64,000 nucleotides of DNA. Source: Hormiphora californensis. Its lineage: Eukaryota > Animalia > Ctenophora. How positions within the stretch are numbered: the first letter of the stretch is position 1; every line of letters starts with the position of its first letter. The notes below the pieces were generated by a model that did no database searches, was not told the DNA's origin, and worked only from the letters and a program-made list of their open reading frames with translations. The translations under genes were made by a program, and so were the position numbers. Location of the stretch: positions 868,001 to 932,000 of the forward strand of contig CM035360.1 in NCBI GenBank assembly GCA_020137815.1, read 5' to 3'. Positions 44,056 to 56,819 of this stretch are shown one piece after another.

Positions 44056-45926
44056 TAGTCAGGGCGAACTAGCATAAAAACAGGCCGAAAAAGGGGCTGG
44101 GATAATTATTAGCAATTCCGGTTGTACCCGACCTATTTTGAACCGCTGAACACGAATCCGGCCGTAGGCAAGCTCTCAGAAATGGAGAAATTGGTGAAAT
44201 TGGACATTTTGGGTCATTTTTGGACAAAAAAAAATATGAATTTCGAAATTAGCCATGATTGACGTCTATTCTACCTGTTTTCGACCGCTGAACACGGTTT
44301 TGGTTAAAAATGGCTCTCAGAGGTGAGGAAAATCTAAATTGGGTATATTTGGTCAAAATTGGTCAAAATGTGGGTAAGTTGACTAATTTTCGTTTTTTTC
44401 ACTTTTAAACAAATTTCACCTAGACTGGACATTTTGTACTGCTGAAAATTAATATGATCATCCAAATTGGCTGCATGCATAGGCTATGAAAATGCCCAAA
44501 TTGGGCACATTGGGTTCTAATTGGGCAAAATGACATTTTTCTTCCTTTTTCATATCGGATGCTCATTTCGATCGAATAAATTTGACATTTTAGCCGCTGA
44601 GCACGATCCTGGCATTAAAAAGTAGCCAGAGCTTCCCAAATCATCCTCAGGTCTTGTCAGATACCCCAAAAACCCCTAGTTAGCCCTGAGACCCTATTAT
44701 TTATTAAGTCACCTCCAGTCCTTTGGCCATACTTTTAACCCTCATACCCAACTATATACTCTTTAGACCCTACTAGATTCCCCTCAGACCCTTATAGATA
44801 CCTCTTAGACCCTACTAGATACCCGCAGACCTTACTTGATACCCCTCAGACGCTACTAAATACCCTCAAAGCCCTCTAGATACCCCCAGAGCGGAATCTA
44901 GTAGGAAATCGAAATCTAGTGGGGTATGCGGGGAACTTAGCTTAGTAGTGTCTAAAGGGTATTTAGTGGGGTATGAGGGTAATCTAGGGGTGTCTGTGGG
45001 GAATCTAGTGGGGTCTGAGGGGTATCTACTATCTAGTGGGGTCTAATGGGAATCTAGTAGAGTCTAAAGAGTAAAGGGTATCTAGTGGGGTTTGAGGGGA
45101 ATCTGTAAGTGAGGTCTGAGGGGTATCTAGAGGGCTTTGAGGGTATTTAGTAGCGTCTGAGGGGTATCAAGTAAGGTCTGCGGGTATCTAGTAGGGTCTA
45201 AGAGGTATCTAGAAGGGTCTGAGGGGAATCTAGTAGGGTCTAAAGAGTATATAGTTGGGTATGAGGGTTAAAAGTATGGCCAAAGGACTGGAGGTGACTT
45301 AATAAATAATAGGGTCTCAAGGCTAACTAGGGGTTTTTGGGGTATCTGACAAGACCTGAGGGATTTTTGGAAAGCTCTGAGCTACTTTTTAATGCCAGGA
45401 TCGTGCTCAGCGGCTAAAAATGTCAATTTTATGTCGAAATGAGCATCCGATATGAAAAGGAAGAAACTGTCATTTTGCCATTAGACCATTGTGCCCATTT
45501 GGCATTTTCATAGCCTATGAGCCAATTTGGATGATCATATTAATTTTCAAGCAGTACAAAAAATGTCCAGTCTAGGTGAAATTTGTTTCAAAAGTGAAAA
45601 AAACGAAAATTAGTCAACTTACCCAATTTTGACCAATTTTGACCAAATACTCCAAATTATGCATTTTCCTCACCTCTAGAGCCTTTATAACCAAAAATCG
45701 TGTTTCACGGTCGAAAACAGGTAGGAATAGACGTCATCATGGCTATATTTCGAAATTCATATTTTTGGTCCAAAAATGACCAAAATGTCCAATTTCACCA
45801 ATTTCTCCATTTCTGAGAGCTTGTCTACGGCCGGATTCGTGTTCAGCGGTTCAAAATAGGTCGGGTACAACCGGAATTGCTAATAATTATCCCAGCCCCT
45901 TTTTTGATGCTAGTTCGCCCTGACTA
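44056..45926. mobile_element. Long foldback non-autonomous DNA element, TAGTCAGG termini, 3-bp TSD (Academ-like)
   Basis: ATA|TAGTCAGGGCGAACTAGCAT ... ATGCTAGTTCGCCCTGACTA|ATA; inverted arms of about 800 bp; centre made of AGACCC/TAGATAC subrepeats. Confidence 0.85.
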
Positions 45927-45943
45927 ATATTAGCTTCCCTTAA

Positions 45944-46937
45944 GGCCAGAGGGGGGGGGGGGGTCGACCGATATTTGACCCCTATTTTGGGCCATTTTTG
46001 GGGTTACTCATGTGATAGCGCTTGGCACACCAGACCTGATGAATATGACAGAATCGATTTTGCGCAAACGGTCTGGGAGAAAAGTGGGGTTAACTTTTGG
46101 CCTGAATCAATGTAACCCCCATTATTTTAGGACTGGGAGGGTTTGGCATCCAATCAAGTGTCAACGCTTCGTTTATCAAGAGGGATCACTCTGCTAAGTT
46201 TACACCATTGTCCAACTGGTCTTTGAATTATTTGGGGTTTACAAAATCTGGAAAAATCGACATTATGGCTCCCATATACACCCCTTTTTTCAATGGTTAA
46301 CCACTTTCTGAAACGCTAGGATCTAGACCTTGTCGTTTGGCACACCTGTTCTACAGACCAAGAGCACGAAACATATATAGCGATTTTTGATTAAGGCCCT
46401 CGTTCAAAAATTATGGGGTTTACAAATGTTTTGGTCAGGGGAAAATATTATGTAACCCCCATCATTTTTGAATGAGACCTTAATCTAAAATCGCTACATA
46501 TGTTTCGTGCTCCTTGGTCTGTAGAACAAGTGTGGCCAAACGACAAGGTCTAGATCCTAGCCGTTTTCTCAGAAAGTGGTTAACCATGTGAAAAATGGGG
46601 TGTATATGGAGCCATATGTCGATTTTCTCAGATTTTGTAAACCCAAAATTTCAAAGACCAGTTGGACTAATGTGTAAAACTTGCAGAGTGATCCCTCTTG
46701 ATAAGACGAAGCGTTTGACACTTGATTGGATGTCCCAAACCCTACCAGTCCTAAAATAATGGGGTTTACATTGATTTCAGGCCAAAAGTTAACCCAACTT
46801 TTCTCCCATACCGTTTGCTCAAAATAGATTCTGTCATATCCATCTGGTCCGGTGTGCCAAGCGCTATCACATGATGGTAACCCCAAAAATGGCCCAAAAT
46901 AGGGGTCAAAAATCGGTCGACCCCCCCCCCTCTGGCC
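45944..46937. mobile_element. Palindromic non-autonomous element with TTAA TSD and GG..CC termini (Kolobok-like)
   Basis: TTAA|GGCCAGAGGGG..GTCGACCGAT ... ATCGGTCGACCCC..TCTGGCC|TTAA; arms of about 480 bp. Confidence 0.82.
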
Positions 46938-47241
46938 TTAATAACATCCCGTTCTGGCCCTTAGTTCCACTAACACTGCTCCACTAGGAATCAGTGACCG
47001 GACCCTGCTACAAAAACTACAAAAAATAGCGTTGGCTTTCCCCTTCCCCCCGCCCCCAGATAGGGTGAACCCACTATGATACTAAAGGTTTCTATTGTAG
47101 TTCCCCTCTAAATCTCTAAAGAGACAAGATTAGCCCCGTACCCAAAGCTGTATATTATCTTCCACCATTTTCTTTATATCCCTCCCTCCCTCTCTTCCTC
47201 TCTCATTAACCCACTCACCCTCTTTTCCATGTAGAGATCCA

Positions 47242-49683
47242 ATGGCTGTACAGACCTGCGCGATGCCAATGAACTTTGGTAGACACTACCTGGAGTTGAA
47301 TGGTCTAAACGATCTGCAACTGATGTGCAGTGGAGGTGAGGTTGTTCGACGAGTTCATTCCCCTTGGCCATGAACAGTTTAGTGATTTGTGAATTGGTGG
47401 GAAAACAACAGATGAAAGAACTCGACGTGGAGGAGTTTTCCCACTCCTCAGTTGCAAGTTTCGTGGATTGCTGTTACACTGGGACTGCAGTTCTGACCAG
47501 AGAAAACTTTAGAGAGGTAAACAAGCTGAGTGCAGTGTTCAAAGTCGAATGGATGGCTGGAGAGTGTATGAAGTTCTACACCGACCTCTGCTCCGGACTG
47601 ACTTCAGGATCTCTGGAGCTGGCGTTGTTCCTATTTGAAGAAGCAGCATACATCCTCAAGGAGAGGAATAATAGAGACCTTCAAGATGCTTTGAGTACCA
47701 AGCTGGGGGAATCGTCTTCTCTTCGATTGGCGCTAGTTAACGATTTCATCTCCCGTGATCCTAATCAACAGGAGTACGTGAACACGGACATGTGTTTATC
47801 CCTGGCTAGTAGTAGGGAAGCGACAGTTCTCTACGAGTGGCTAATCGAGAATTTTGAGAGTAAACCCCATTCTGTGAAACTCACTGAAGTTGAAAAGAGG
47901 TTCCTAACTCTCCCCTCCCTGACACTGTGTCTCCAAACTGACAAAGCTCTTTATGAGCGACTACTGGCAACTGTGGAAGTGTTTCTATCTAAAGAAGATT
48001 TGGCATCTCTTTTTAAGATATTTACAAGGGTTCCTGTCTCTCTCTTTGCTACTAGTCGACAAGATAGCCCCAGTAGTAGCTCCAAACTACAGACTGAGAT
48101 CGTAACTTACCCAATTGAAATACCAGCTCTTGGAGGGTGTACCTCGTTCTTGGATGCTGTTAAAATACTTGATAAGGAACCGAGAATTAGTTCATTTGTC
48201 CAGTTTGTATCTTCTCTGCACTACTGCTGTGAATTGTTTGGTGATACTTCTTCACCGGAATTAGTTGAGGTGATAACAGTGGCATTAGAAGAGCGGAAAT
48301 CTTGGGCTTCTGTATCAGGAGAATCACAACTCAATTTGTTTTACTTTCTATATGATAGCCCTCAAATAAATTAGTCAGGACCACTATTGGTGCGCGGTCG
48401 TGCCCACGGAAGGAGTGCTTGGATCATCTTAAAACCGGTTTTAAGTTAACTAATGCATATCCAAAAGTTGTCTGTAGCTATTTGGGTGATGTTCTGACAA
48501 TCCAATCACGAGTTATGACCAAAAACAGTCAAAAAGACGTTTTAAAGTGACAAAAGGAGGACTGAACACAGCCCTTATATGAAGGTTGGGCATGAAACTT
48601 CTTGAGTGGACAGAGAATCGTCCAAATTTGCAGTGTCAAGTTTGGAATAGTTTCTATCTTTTGTAGTTATCTAATTAGAGCTGTTTAAACATGTGAGACG
48701 ATCTGCAAAACAGGGTAATTTGGTACTGTTTCCGACCCATATTGCTTGCTCTCACTCACCTTGTATGCTTTAATCTGCTCTCTAATTGGGTAAATCTCGT
48801 CAAGTGATCACTTCACAAGCAAGAATACACAGTATTGAGGCCCCTACAGCATCTTCTCACATGTTTAAAACGGCTCTAATTAGATAACTACAAAAGATAG
48901 AAACTATTCCAAAGTTGACACTGCAAATTTGGACGATTCTCTGTCCACTCAAGAAGTTTCATACCCAACCCTTCATATAAGCTGTGTTCAGGTCCTCCTT
49001 TTTGTCACTTAAAACGTCTTTTTTGACTGTTTTTTTTGGTCATAACTCGTGATTGGATTGTCAAACATCACCCAAATAGCTACAGACACTTTTGGATATG
49101 CATTAGTTAACTTAAAACCGGTTTCAAGATGATCCAAGCACTCCTTCCGTGGGCACGACCGCGCACCAATAGTGGTCCTGACTAAATGGTGTTTTAAGAC
49201 AGTATACTGAGGGAAAGCAGGATACTGAGGGAAAGCAGGACAGTTCATGTGAATACAGTGATACTTGGTTTCTACTTGGCCAGTTGAACTTGCCATTTCA
49301 ATACTCTGAAGTGCTGTTCCTCAACCTGCATGATGATGGTGGACCTAGTTACTGTGATGAGAATCAACGAGAATCCAACAAAACATGTAAAGTGGCGGTG
49401 GAGTTTTCAGTTGCTGTAAAAGATGAACAATCATGGCCAGTTATTACCATTAAGTTGGTGGAGGATCGTGCAATTTTGGACGCTGAAACAGATGCTCACT
49501 TTCACCAAAACCCTGATTTCCTGCAACATATTTTTGTGGAATGTGTTGATCCCAATATCAATGTGACCGTGTGTAGCGATATAAATACTGGACTACGGCG
49601 CTCATAAAATCTACAAGAGCTGGAAGCATGAGAGAATGAAGAAGTTCTATATCAACTGGCCTTTGCTATTTAGTAGTATTTAA
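47242..49683 (+). pseudogene. BTB array copy 3, disrupted by a TE insertion
   Basis: ORF 47364-48374 stops at the insertion 48372-49184; homology resumes at 49185 (ORF 49284-49607) and ends NWPLLFSSI*. Confidence 0.85.
48372..49184. mobile_element. Foldback element with TAGTCAGG termini and 3-bp TSD (Academ-like), inserted in BTB copy 3
   Basis: AAT|TAGTCAGGACCACTATTGG ... CCAATAGTGGTCCTGACTA|AAT; TIRs of about 330 bp; the empty site CAAATAAATGGTG is seen in copies 5 and 6. Confidence 0.9.
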
Positions 49684-50281
49684 TTTAAAAAGTTCCTTGC
49701 AGGGCTGATGGTTTAGTTCGACCCCGATTTACATACTTCCCCCAATAGACGAAATTAACAGTAATTGACCCCGATATACCGGACACCACGATTTTCCTGG
49801 CAAACCTTCTTACCCCAAGTATCCCGGTAAATCGGGGTCCGACTGTATTAAAATGTGACGTTGACCACGTCACTTGATAGAGCAGTCGTTACGAGAAACT
49901 CTGAATAGTGTATACTGTACATTGTACAAAACCATGTGAACCTGTTTTAAATCCCCTCTCTGCCTCTCTCATTAACCCACCCTCTTTTATTTTTTTCCTT
50001 GCCCCTAAAGTGATGTGTTATCATCCCGAAAACATTCCGACCTGCCCCTAAGATTCATTATAAACACAGAACTGTGTTGTCTGCTCCAATTTTACACAAT
50101 TGAGATGATGTCAACTTTTTCTCTATTGTAGTTCCCCTCTAAATCTCCAATAAGAGTATCCCCGTACCCATAGCTGCCTGTTCTCTACCAACATTATACT
50201 CCCATCTGCATCCCTCTTCAACTGCTTTCATCCCTCCCTCTCCCATTAACCCACCCACCCTCTTTTCCATGTAGAGATCCA

Positions 50282-51938
50282 ATGGCTGTACAGACCTGCA
50301 CGATGCCAATGAACTTTGGTAGACACTACCTAGAGTTGAATGGTCTAAACGATCTGCAACTGATGTGCAGTGGAGGTGAGGTTGTCCGGACAAGTTCATT
50401 CCCATTGGCCATGAACAGTTTAGTGATTTGTGAATTGGTGGGAAAAGACCGATGAAAGAACGCTACGTGAGGAGTTTTCCCACTCCTCAGTTGCAAGTTT
50501 CGTGGATTGCTGTTACACTGGCACTGCAGTTCTGACCAGGGAAAATTTTCGAGAGGTAAACAAGCTGAGTGCAGTGTTCAAAGTTGAATGGATGGCTGAA
50601 GATTGTTTGAAGTTCTACACCGACCTCTGCTCCGGACTGACTTCAGGATCTCTGGAGCTGGCGTTGTTCCTATTCGAAGAAGCAGCCTACATCCTCAAGG
50701 AGAGGAATAACAGAGACCTTCAAGATGCTCTGTGTACTAAACTGTGGGATTTGTCTTGTCTTCGATTGACGCTGGTCAAAGATTTCATCTCCCGTGATCC
50801 TAATCAACAGGAGTACGTGAACACAGACCTGTGTTTATCACTGGCTAGTAGTAGGGAAGTGCCAGTTTTCTACGAGTGGCTAATCGAGAATTTTGAGAGT
50901 AAACCCCATCCTGTGAAACTATCTGATGTTGAAAAGAGGTTCCTAACTCTCCCCTCCCTGACATTGTGTCTTCAAGCGGACAAAGCTGTGTATCAGCGAC
51001 TACTGGCGACTGTGCAGCGATCTCTATGTAAAGATGATCTTCTGTCTCTTTTCGATATTTTTACCAGCGTTCCTTTATCTCTTAGTACCACTAGTCTCCA
51101 AAGTAGCTCTAGGGTTCCTGTTTCTTCTACTAGTCTCCAAAATAGTCCTAGTAGAAGCTCCAAACTACAGACTGAGATTGTTTACCCGATCGAGATACCG
51201 GCTCTTGGAGATTGTAAATCGTTGTTGGATGCTGTTGAAATACTTGATAAGGATCCGAGAATAAGATCATTTGTTCAGTTCGTATCTTCACTGCAGTACT
51301 GCTGTGAGGTGTTTGGTGACTCAAATTCACCAGAGACTGATGATGTGATATTGACGGCAATGGAAAAACGAAAATCTTGGGCTTCTTTGTTTGACCAGGA
51401 ATCATTCTTTCGTTATTTTACGTATCTTCATAAATATCGTAAAATCACATGTATTTTGCGGGAAAAAATGGAGGGAAAGCGGGGTACTTTGTGGCAGTTA
51501 AAATTTGCTCAGTTCATCTTTTACGAGTTGAGCTTGCCATTGCAAAAATCTGAACGGCTATTCCTCGACCTGCATAGTGGTATATTTGATTATGGGCATA
51601 GTTACTGTGATGAAAACCCTCGAGAGTCCAACAAAAGATGTAAAGTTGCGGTAGAGGTTTCAGTGGCTATGAAAGATGAACAATCATGGCCAGTTATTAC
51701 CATTAAGTTGGTGGAAGATCGTGCAATTTTGGAGGCGAAAAAAGATGCTCACTTTCACCAAAACCCTGATTTCCTGCAACATATTTTTGTGGACTGTGTT
51801 GATCCCGATATCAATGTGACCGTGTGTAGCGATATAAATACTGGAACTACGGCGCTCAATAAAATCTACAAGAGCTGGAAGCATGAGAGAATGAAGAAGT
51901 TCTATATCAACTGGCCTTTGCTATTTAGTAGTATTTAA
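50282..51938 (+). CDS. BTB array copy 4 (one frameshift near 50445-50470)
   Basis: ATG at 50282; ORF 50430-51938 (502 aa) is homologous to copy 5. Confidence 0.78.
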
Positions 51939-52637
51939 TTTAAAAAGTTCCTTGCAGGGCTGATGGTTTAGTTCGACCCCGATTTACATACTTCCCCCAA
52001 TAGACGAAATTAACAGTAATTGACCCCGATATACCGGACACCCCGATTTTCCTGGCAAACCTTCTTACCCCAAGTATCCCGGTAAATCGGGGTCCAACTG
52101 TATACAGTATTAAAATGTGTAGTAGACCACGTCACGTGATAGAGCAGTCGCCACAAGAGACTCTGAATAGTGTATACTGTACATGTACACATGTACATGT
52201 GAACCTGTTTTAAATCCCCTCTCTGCCTCTCTCATTAACCCACCCTCTTTTATTTTTTCCTTGCTCCTAAAGTTATGTGTTTTTTTTCGTGTCTTCTCCG
52301 CATTAACATTTGTCACTCCCTGTACACACATGTATTCTGGCCATGTATGTGCCATGGTTTGACAGATATTAAACTTCAAGTTATGTGTTATCATCCCGAA
52401 AACATTCCGACCTGCCCCTAAACACAGTTGTCTGCTCCAATTTTACACAATTGAGATGAGGTCAACTTTTTCTCTATTTTAGTTCCCCTCTAAATCTCCA
52501 ATAAGAGTATCCCTGTACCCATAGCTGCCTGTTCTCTACCAACATTATACTCCCATCTGCATCCCATCCCTCTTCAACTGCTTTCATCCCTCCCTCTCCT
52601 ATTAACCCACCCACCCTCTTTTCCATGTAGAGATCTA

Positions 52638-54242
52638 ATGGCTGTACAGACCTGCACGATGCCAATGAACTTTGGTAAACACTACCTAGAGTTGAATGGT
52701 CTAAACGATCTGCAACTGATGTGCAGTGGAAGAGAGGTTGTCCGGACGAGTTCATTCCCATTAGCCATGAACAGTTTAGTGATTTGTGAATTGGTGGGAA
52801 AACAACAGATGAAAGAACTCGACGTGGAGGAGTTTTCCCACTCCTCAGTTGCAAGTTTCGTGGATTGCTGTTACACTGGCACTGCGGTTCTGACCAAGGA
52901 AAACTTTAGAGAGGTAAACAAGCTGAGTGCAGTGTTCAAAGTTGAATGGATGGCTGAAGAGTGTTTGAAGTTCTACACCGACCTCTGCTCCGGACTGACT
53001 TCAGGATCTCTGGAGCTGGCGTTGTTCCTATTTGAAGAAGCAGCCTACATCCTCAAGGAGAGGAATCGCAGAGACCTTCAAGATGCTCTGAATACCAAAC
53101 TAGGGCGAATCTCTTCTCTCCGATTGGTGCTGGTTAAAGATTTCATCTCCCGTGATCCTAATCAACAGGAGTACGTGAACACAGACCTGTGTTTATCCCT
53201 GGCTAGTAGTAGGGAAGTGTCAGTTCTCTACGAGTGGCTAATCGAGAATTTTGAGAGTAAACCCCATCCTTTGAGACTATCTGACGTTGAAAAGAGGTTC
53301 CTAACTCTCCCCTCCCTGACATTGTGTCTTCAAGCGGACAAAGCTCTTTATGAACGACTACTGGAAATTGTGGAACTCTGTCTATCTAAGGAAGATTTGA
53401 TGTCTCTTTTTACAACTTTTGCAAGGATTCCTTTATCTCTTTGTGGTACAATTCAAAATACCCCTAGTAGTAGCTCCAAACTACAGACTGAGATCGTAAC
53501 TTACCCGATTGAAATACCAGCTCTTGGAGATTGTACCTCGTTCTTGGATGCTGTTAAAGTACTTCATAAGGAACCGAGAATTAGATCGTATATGCAGTTT
53601 GTATCTTCCCTTGAGTATTGCTGTGACGTGTTTGGTGATACGTCTTCACCGGAAATTACTGAAGTAGTAACAGCGGCATTGGACAAGCGGAAATCGTGGG
53701 CTTCTTTATCAGGAGAATATATACTCGATGCGTTTGACTTTCTAGAAAATAGCCCTCAAATAAATGGTGTTTTAAGACAGTATACTGAGGGAAAGCAGGA
53801 TAGTTCATGTGAACTCAATGATACTGGGTTTCTACTTGGCCAGTTGAGCTTGCCATTTCAACACTCTAAAGTGCTGTTCCTCAACCTGCATATGTACCTC
53901 AACCTGCCTAGTTACTGTGGTGAAAACCCACGAGAGTCCAACAAAAGATGTAAAGTGGCTGTGGAGGTTTCAGTTGCTGTAAAAGATAAACGATCATGGC
54001 CAGTTTTTACCATTAAATTGGTAGACGATCGTGATATTTTGGAGGCTGAAACAGATGCTCACTTTCACCAAGACCCTGAATTTCTACAACACATTTTTAT
54101 TGACTGCAGTAGTAAAAATACCCAATTCACTGTATGTAGCGATGTAAGTACCACAACTACGTCTGTTGATCGACTCTACAAGAACTGGAAACGTAATAAT
54201 AGGATGCAGTTCTACATAAACTGGCCCACAAGTGGAACTTGA
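52638..54242 (+). CDS. BTB/POZ-domain protein, array copy 5 (intact, 534 aa)
   Basis: NDLQLMCSGREVVRTSSFPLAMNSLVICELV..ELDVEEFSHSSVASFVDCCYTG..LTKENFREVNKLSAVFKVEWM..C is a BTB fold pattern; preceded by TTTTCCATGTAG|AGATCTAATG. Confidence 0.85.
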   Translation: MAVQTCTMPMNFGKHYLELNGLNDLQLMCSGREVVRTSSFPLAMNSLVICELVGKQQMKELDVEEFSHSSVASFVDCCYTGTAVLTKENFREVNKLSAVFKVEWMAEECLKFYTDLCSGLTSGSLELALFLFEEAAYILKERNRRDLQDALNTKLGRISSLRLVLVKDFISRDPNQQEYVNTDLCLSLASSREVSVLYEWLIENFESKPHPLRLSDVEKRFLTLPSLTLCLQADKALYERLLEIVELCLSKEDLMSLFTTFARIPLSLCGTIQNTPSSSSKLQTEIVTYPIEIPALGDCTSFLDAVKVLHKEPRIRSYMQFVSSLEYCCDVFGDTSSPEITEVVTAALDKRKSWASLSGEYILDAFDFLENSPQINGVLRQYTEGKQDSSCELNDTGFLLGQLSLPFQHSKVLFLNLHMYLNLPSYCGENPRESNKRCKVAVEVSVAVKDKRSWPVFTIKLVDDRDILEAETDAHFHQDPEFLQHIFIDCSSKNTQFTVCSDVSTTTTSVDRLYKNWKRNNRMQFYINWPTSGT

Positions 54243-54726
54243 TTAAAATTATCAATATGAATAGCAAAATTGAATAACATTGCATGATTCAGGCACTGAT
54301 TATCTATAATATCAATCAAAGTCAACGAGATTGTTCAGTCGACGCATAAAACGTGTTCAATGACGTATACTTTGAACTTTTTTACAGTTTTATATTTTGT
54401 GTCTTGTTTCCAACCCGATATTCTTATTCTCTTATCCGTCTTGTAATCCCAAAGCATCCCAACCTGCTCCTAACTTCCGACCTGCCCCTAAGTTCCACAA
54501 ACACTGCTCCACAAGACAGATGAGGTTAACTCACTATGATACTAAAGGTCTCTATTGTAGTTCCCCTCTAAATCTCCAAAGAGAAGAGTAACCCCGTACC
54601 GAAAGCTGTCTATAATCTAGCGCCGTTATACTCCCCTCCCTGACCACTGTTAACCTGTTGTAAAGCTCTCCTTCCTCTCTTCTTCTTTCCTTAACCCACC
54701 CTCCCACTATTCCATGTAGAGATCCA

Positions 54727-56327
54727 ATGGCTGTACAGACCTGCACGATGCCAATGAACTTTGGTAGACACTACCTGGAGTTGAATGGTCTAAACGATCT
54801 GCAACTGATGTGTAGTGGAGGTGAGGATGTCCGGACGAGTTCATTCCATTGGCATGAACAGCTTAGTGATTTGTGACTTAGTGGGAAACAACAGATGAAA
54901 GAACTCGACGGGGAGAGTTTTCCCATTCCTCAGTTCAAGTTTCGTGGATTGCTGTTACACTGGCACTGCAGTTCTGACCAGGGAAAACTTAGAGAGGTAA
55001 CAAGCTGAGTGCAGTGTTTCAAAGTCGAATGGATGGTTGGGAGTGTAGAAGTTCTATACCGACCTCTGCTCCGGACGGACTTCAGGATCTCTGGAGCTAG
55101 CGTTGTTCCTATTCGAAGAAGCAGCCTACATCCTCAAGGAGAGGAATAACAGAGACCTTCAAGATGCTCTGAGTACCAAACTAGGGGGAATCTCTTGTCT
55201 TCGATTGGCACTGATTAAAGATTTCATCTCCCGTGATCCTAATCAACAGGAGTACGTGAACACAGACCTGTGTATATCCCTGGCTAGTAGTAGGGAAGTG
55301 CCGTTCTCTACGAGTGGCTAATAGAGAATTTGGAGGGTAAACCCCATCCTGTGAAACTCACTGACGTTGAAAAGAGGTTCCTAACTCTCCCCTCCCTGAC
55401 ACTGTGTCTCCAAACTGACAAAGATCTTTATGAGCGACTACTGGCAACTGTGGAAGTGTTTCTATCTAAAGAAGATTTGGCATCTCTTTTTAAGATATTT
55501 ACAAGGGTTCCTGTCTCTCTCTTTGCTACTAGTCGACAAGATAGCCCCAGTAGTAGCTCCAAACTACAGACTGAGATCGTAACTTACCCAATTGAAATAC
55601 CAGCTCTTGGAGGGTGTACCTCGTTCTTGGATGCTGTTAAAATACTTGATAAGGAACCGAGAATTAGTTCATTTGTACAGTTTGTATCTTCTCTGCACTA
55701 CTGCTGTGAATTGTTTGGTGATACTTCTTCACCGGAATTAGTTGAGGCGATAACAGTGGCATTGGAAGAGCGGAAATCTTGGGCTTCTGTATCAGGAGAA
55801 TGCCATCTCAATTGGTTTTACTTTCTAGAAAATAGCCCTCAAATAAATGGTGTTTTAAGACAGTATACTGAGGGAAAGCAGCATAGTTCATGTAAATACG
55901 ATATACTGCGTTTCTACCTGGCCAGTTGAACTTGCCATTTCAGTACTCTACACGGCTGTTCCTCAACCTACATCGTAATGGACCTAGTTACTGTGATGAA
56001 AACGCTCGAGAGTCCAACAAAACATGTAAAGTGGCGGTGGAGGTTTCAGTTGCTGTAAAAGATGAACAATCGTGGCCAGTTATTACCATTAAGTTGGTGG
56101 AGGATCGTGCAATTTTGGAGGCTGAAACAAATGCTCACTTTCACCAAGACCCTGATTTTCTACAACATATTTGTGTGGACTTTGATTATGATGATTATAC
56201 CAATTTCACTGTGTGTAGTGATCTAAATACCACAACTACGTCTGTTGATGAAATCTACAAGTACTGGAAACATGATTATAGAACACAGTTCGTCATAAAC
56301 TGGCCACAAGAACAACTTATTAAGTAG
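54727..56327 (+). CDS. BTB array copy 6 (several single-base indels)
   Basis: ATG at 54727; ORF pieces 55103-55321, 55330-55929 and 55926-56327 are collinear with copy 5. Confidence 0.72.
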
Positions 56328-56819
56328 ATCTGTTTGACCTTTTTTCATAGTTTTATCTTTTTAAATGTCTCGTTTATGCATTATCTTCCCCAAAACATTC
56401 CGACCTGCCTCTTAGTTCCACAAACACTGCTCCACTTCTCTACAAGAGATATGAGGTGAACCCACTATGATACTAAATGTCTCTGTTGTAGTTCTCCTCT
56501 ATAATTGAGAATGTCAGAACCTGAGTAACAATAATTAGAGAAAAGGTGAACAGAAGTCTGTATCAGACATCCATAGTATCTATACGTACATGTGCTTCTT
56601 ACCTCGACCGTAATCATTGAATGCTGACTGAAATCCTTTCTCCCTTACTCTTTCCATCGTGCTCATGCCCCCTAAACGCACATTCTTTCTCAACTAAGAG
56701 ATAAACTGAACCTTCTCAACTAAGAGATAAACTCCTTCTTCTCTACTAAGAGATATAATAAACTGAACCTTCTCTACTACCCCCTGATCTAGCTAATGAT
56801 AGACAGATAACCCGCTGTA

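Noticed and set aside
36810-56327. Diversity-generating retroelement (RT next to variable paralogues)
   Set aside because: The RT is an ordinary APE-type LINE with a TSD. There is no template/variable repeat pair, and the variation includes indels rather than adenine-specific substitutions.
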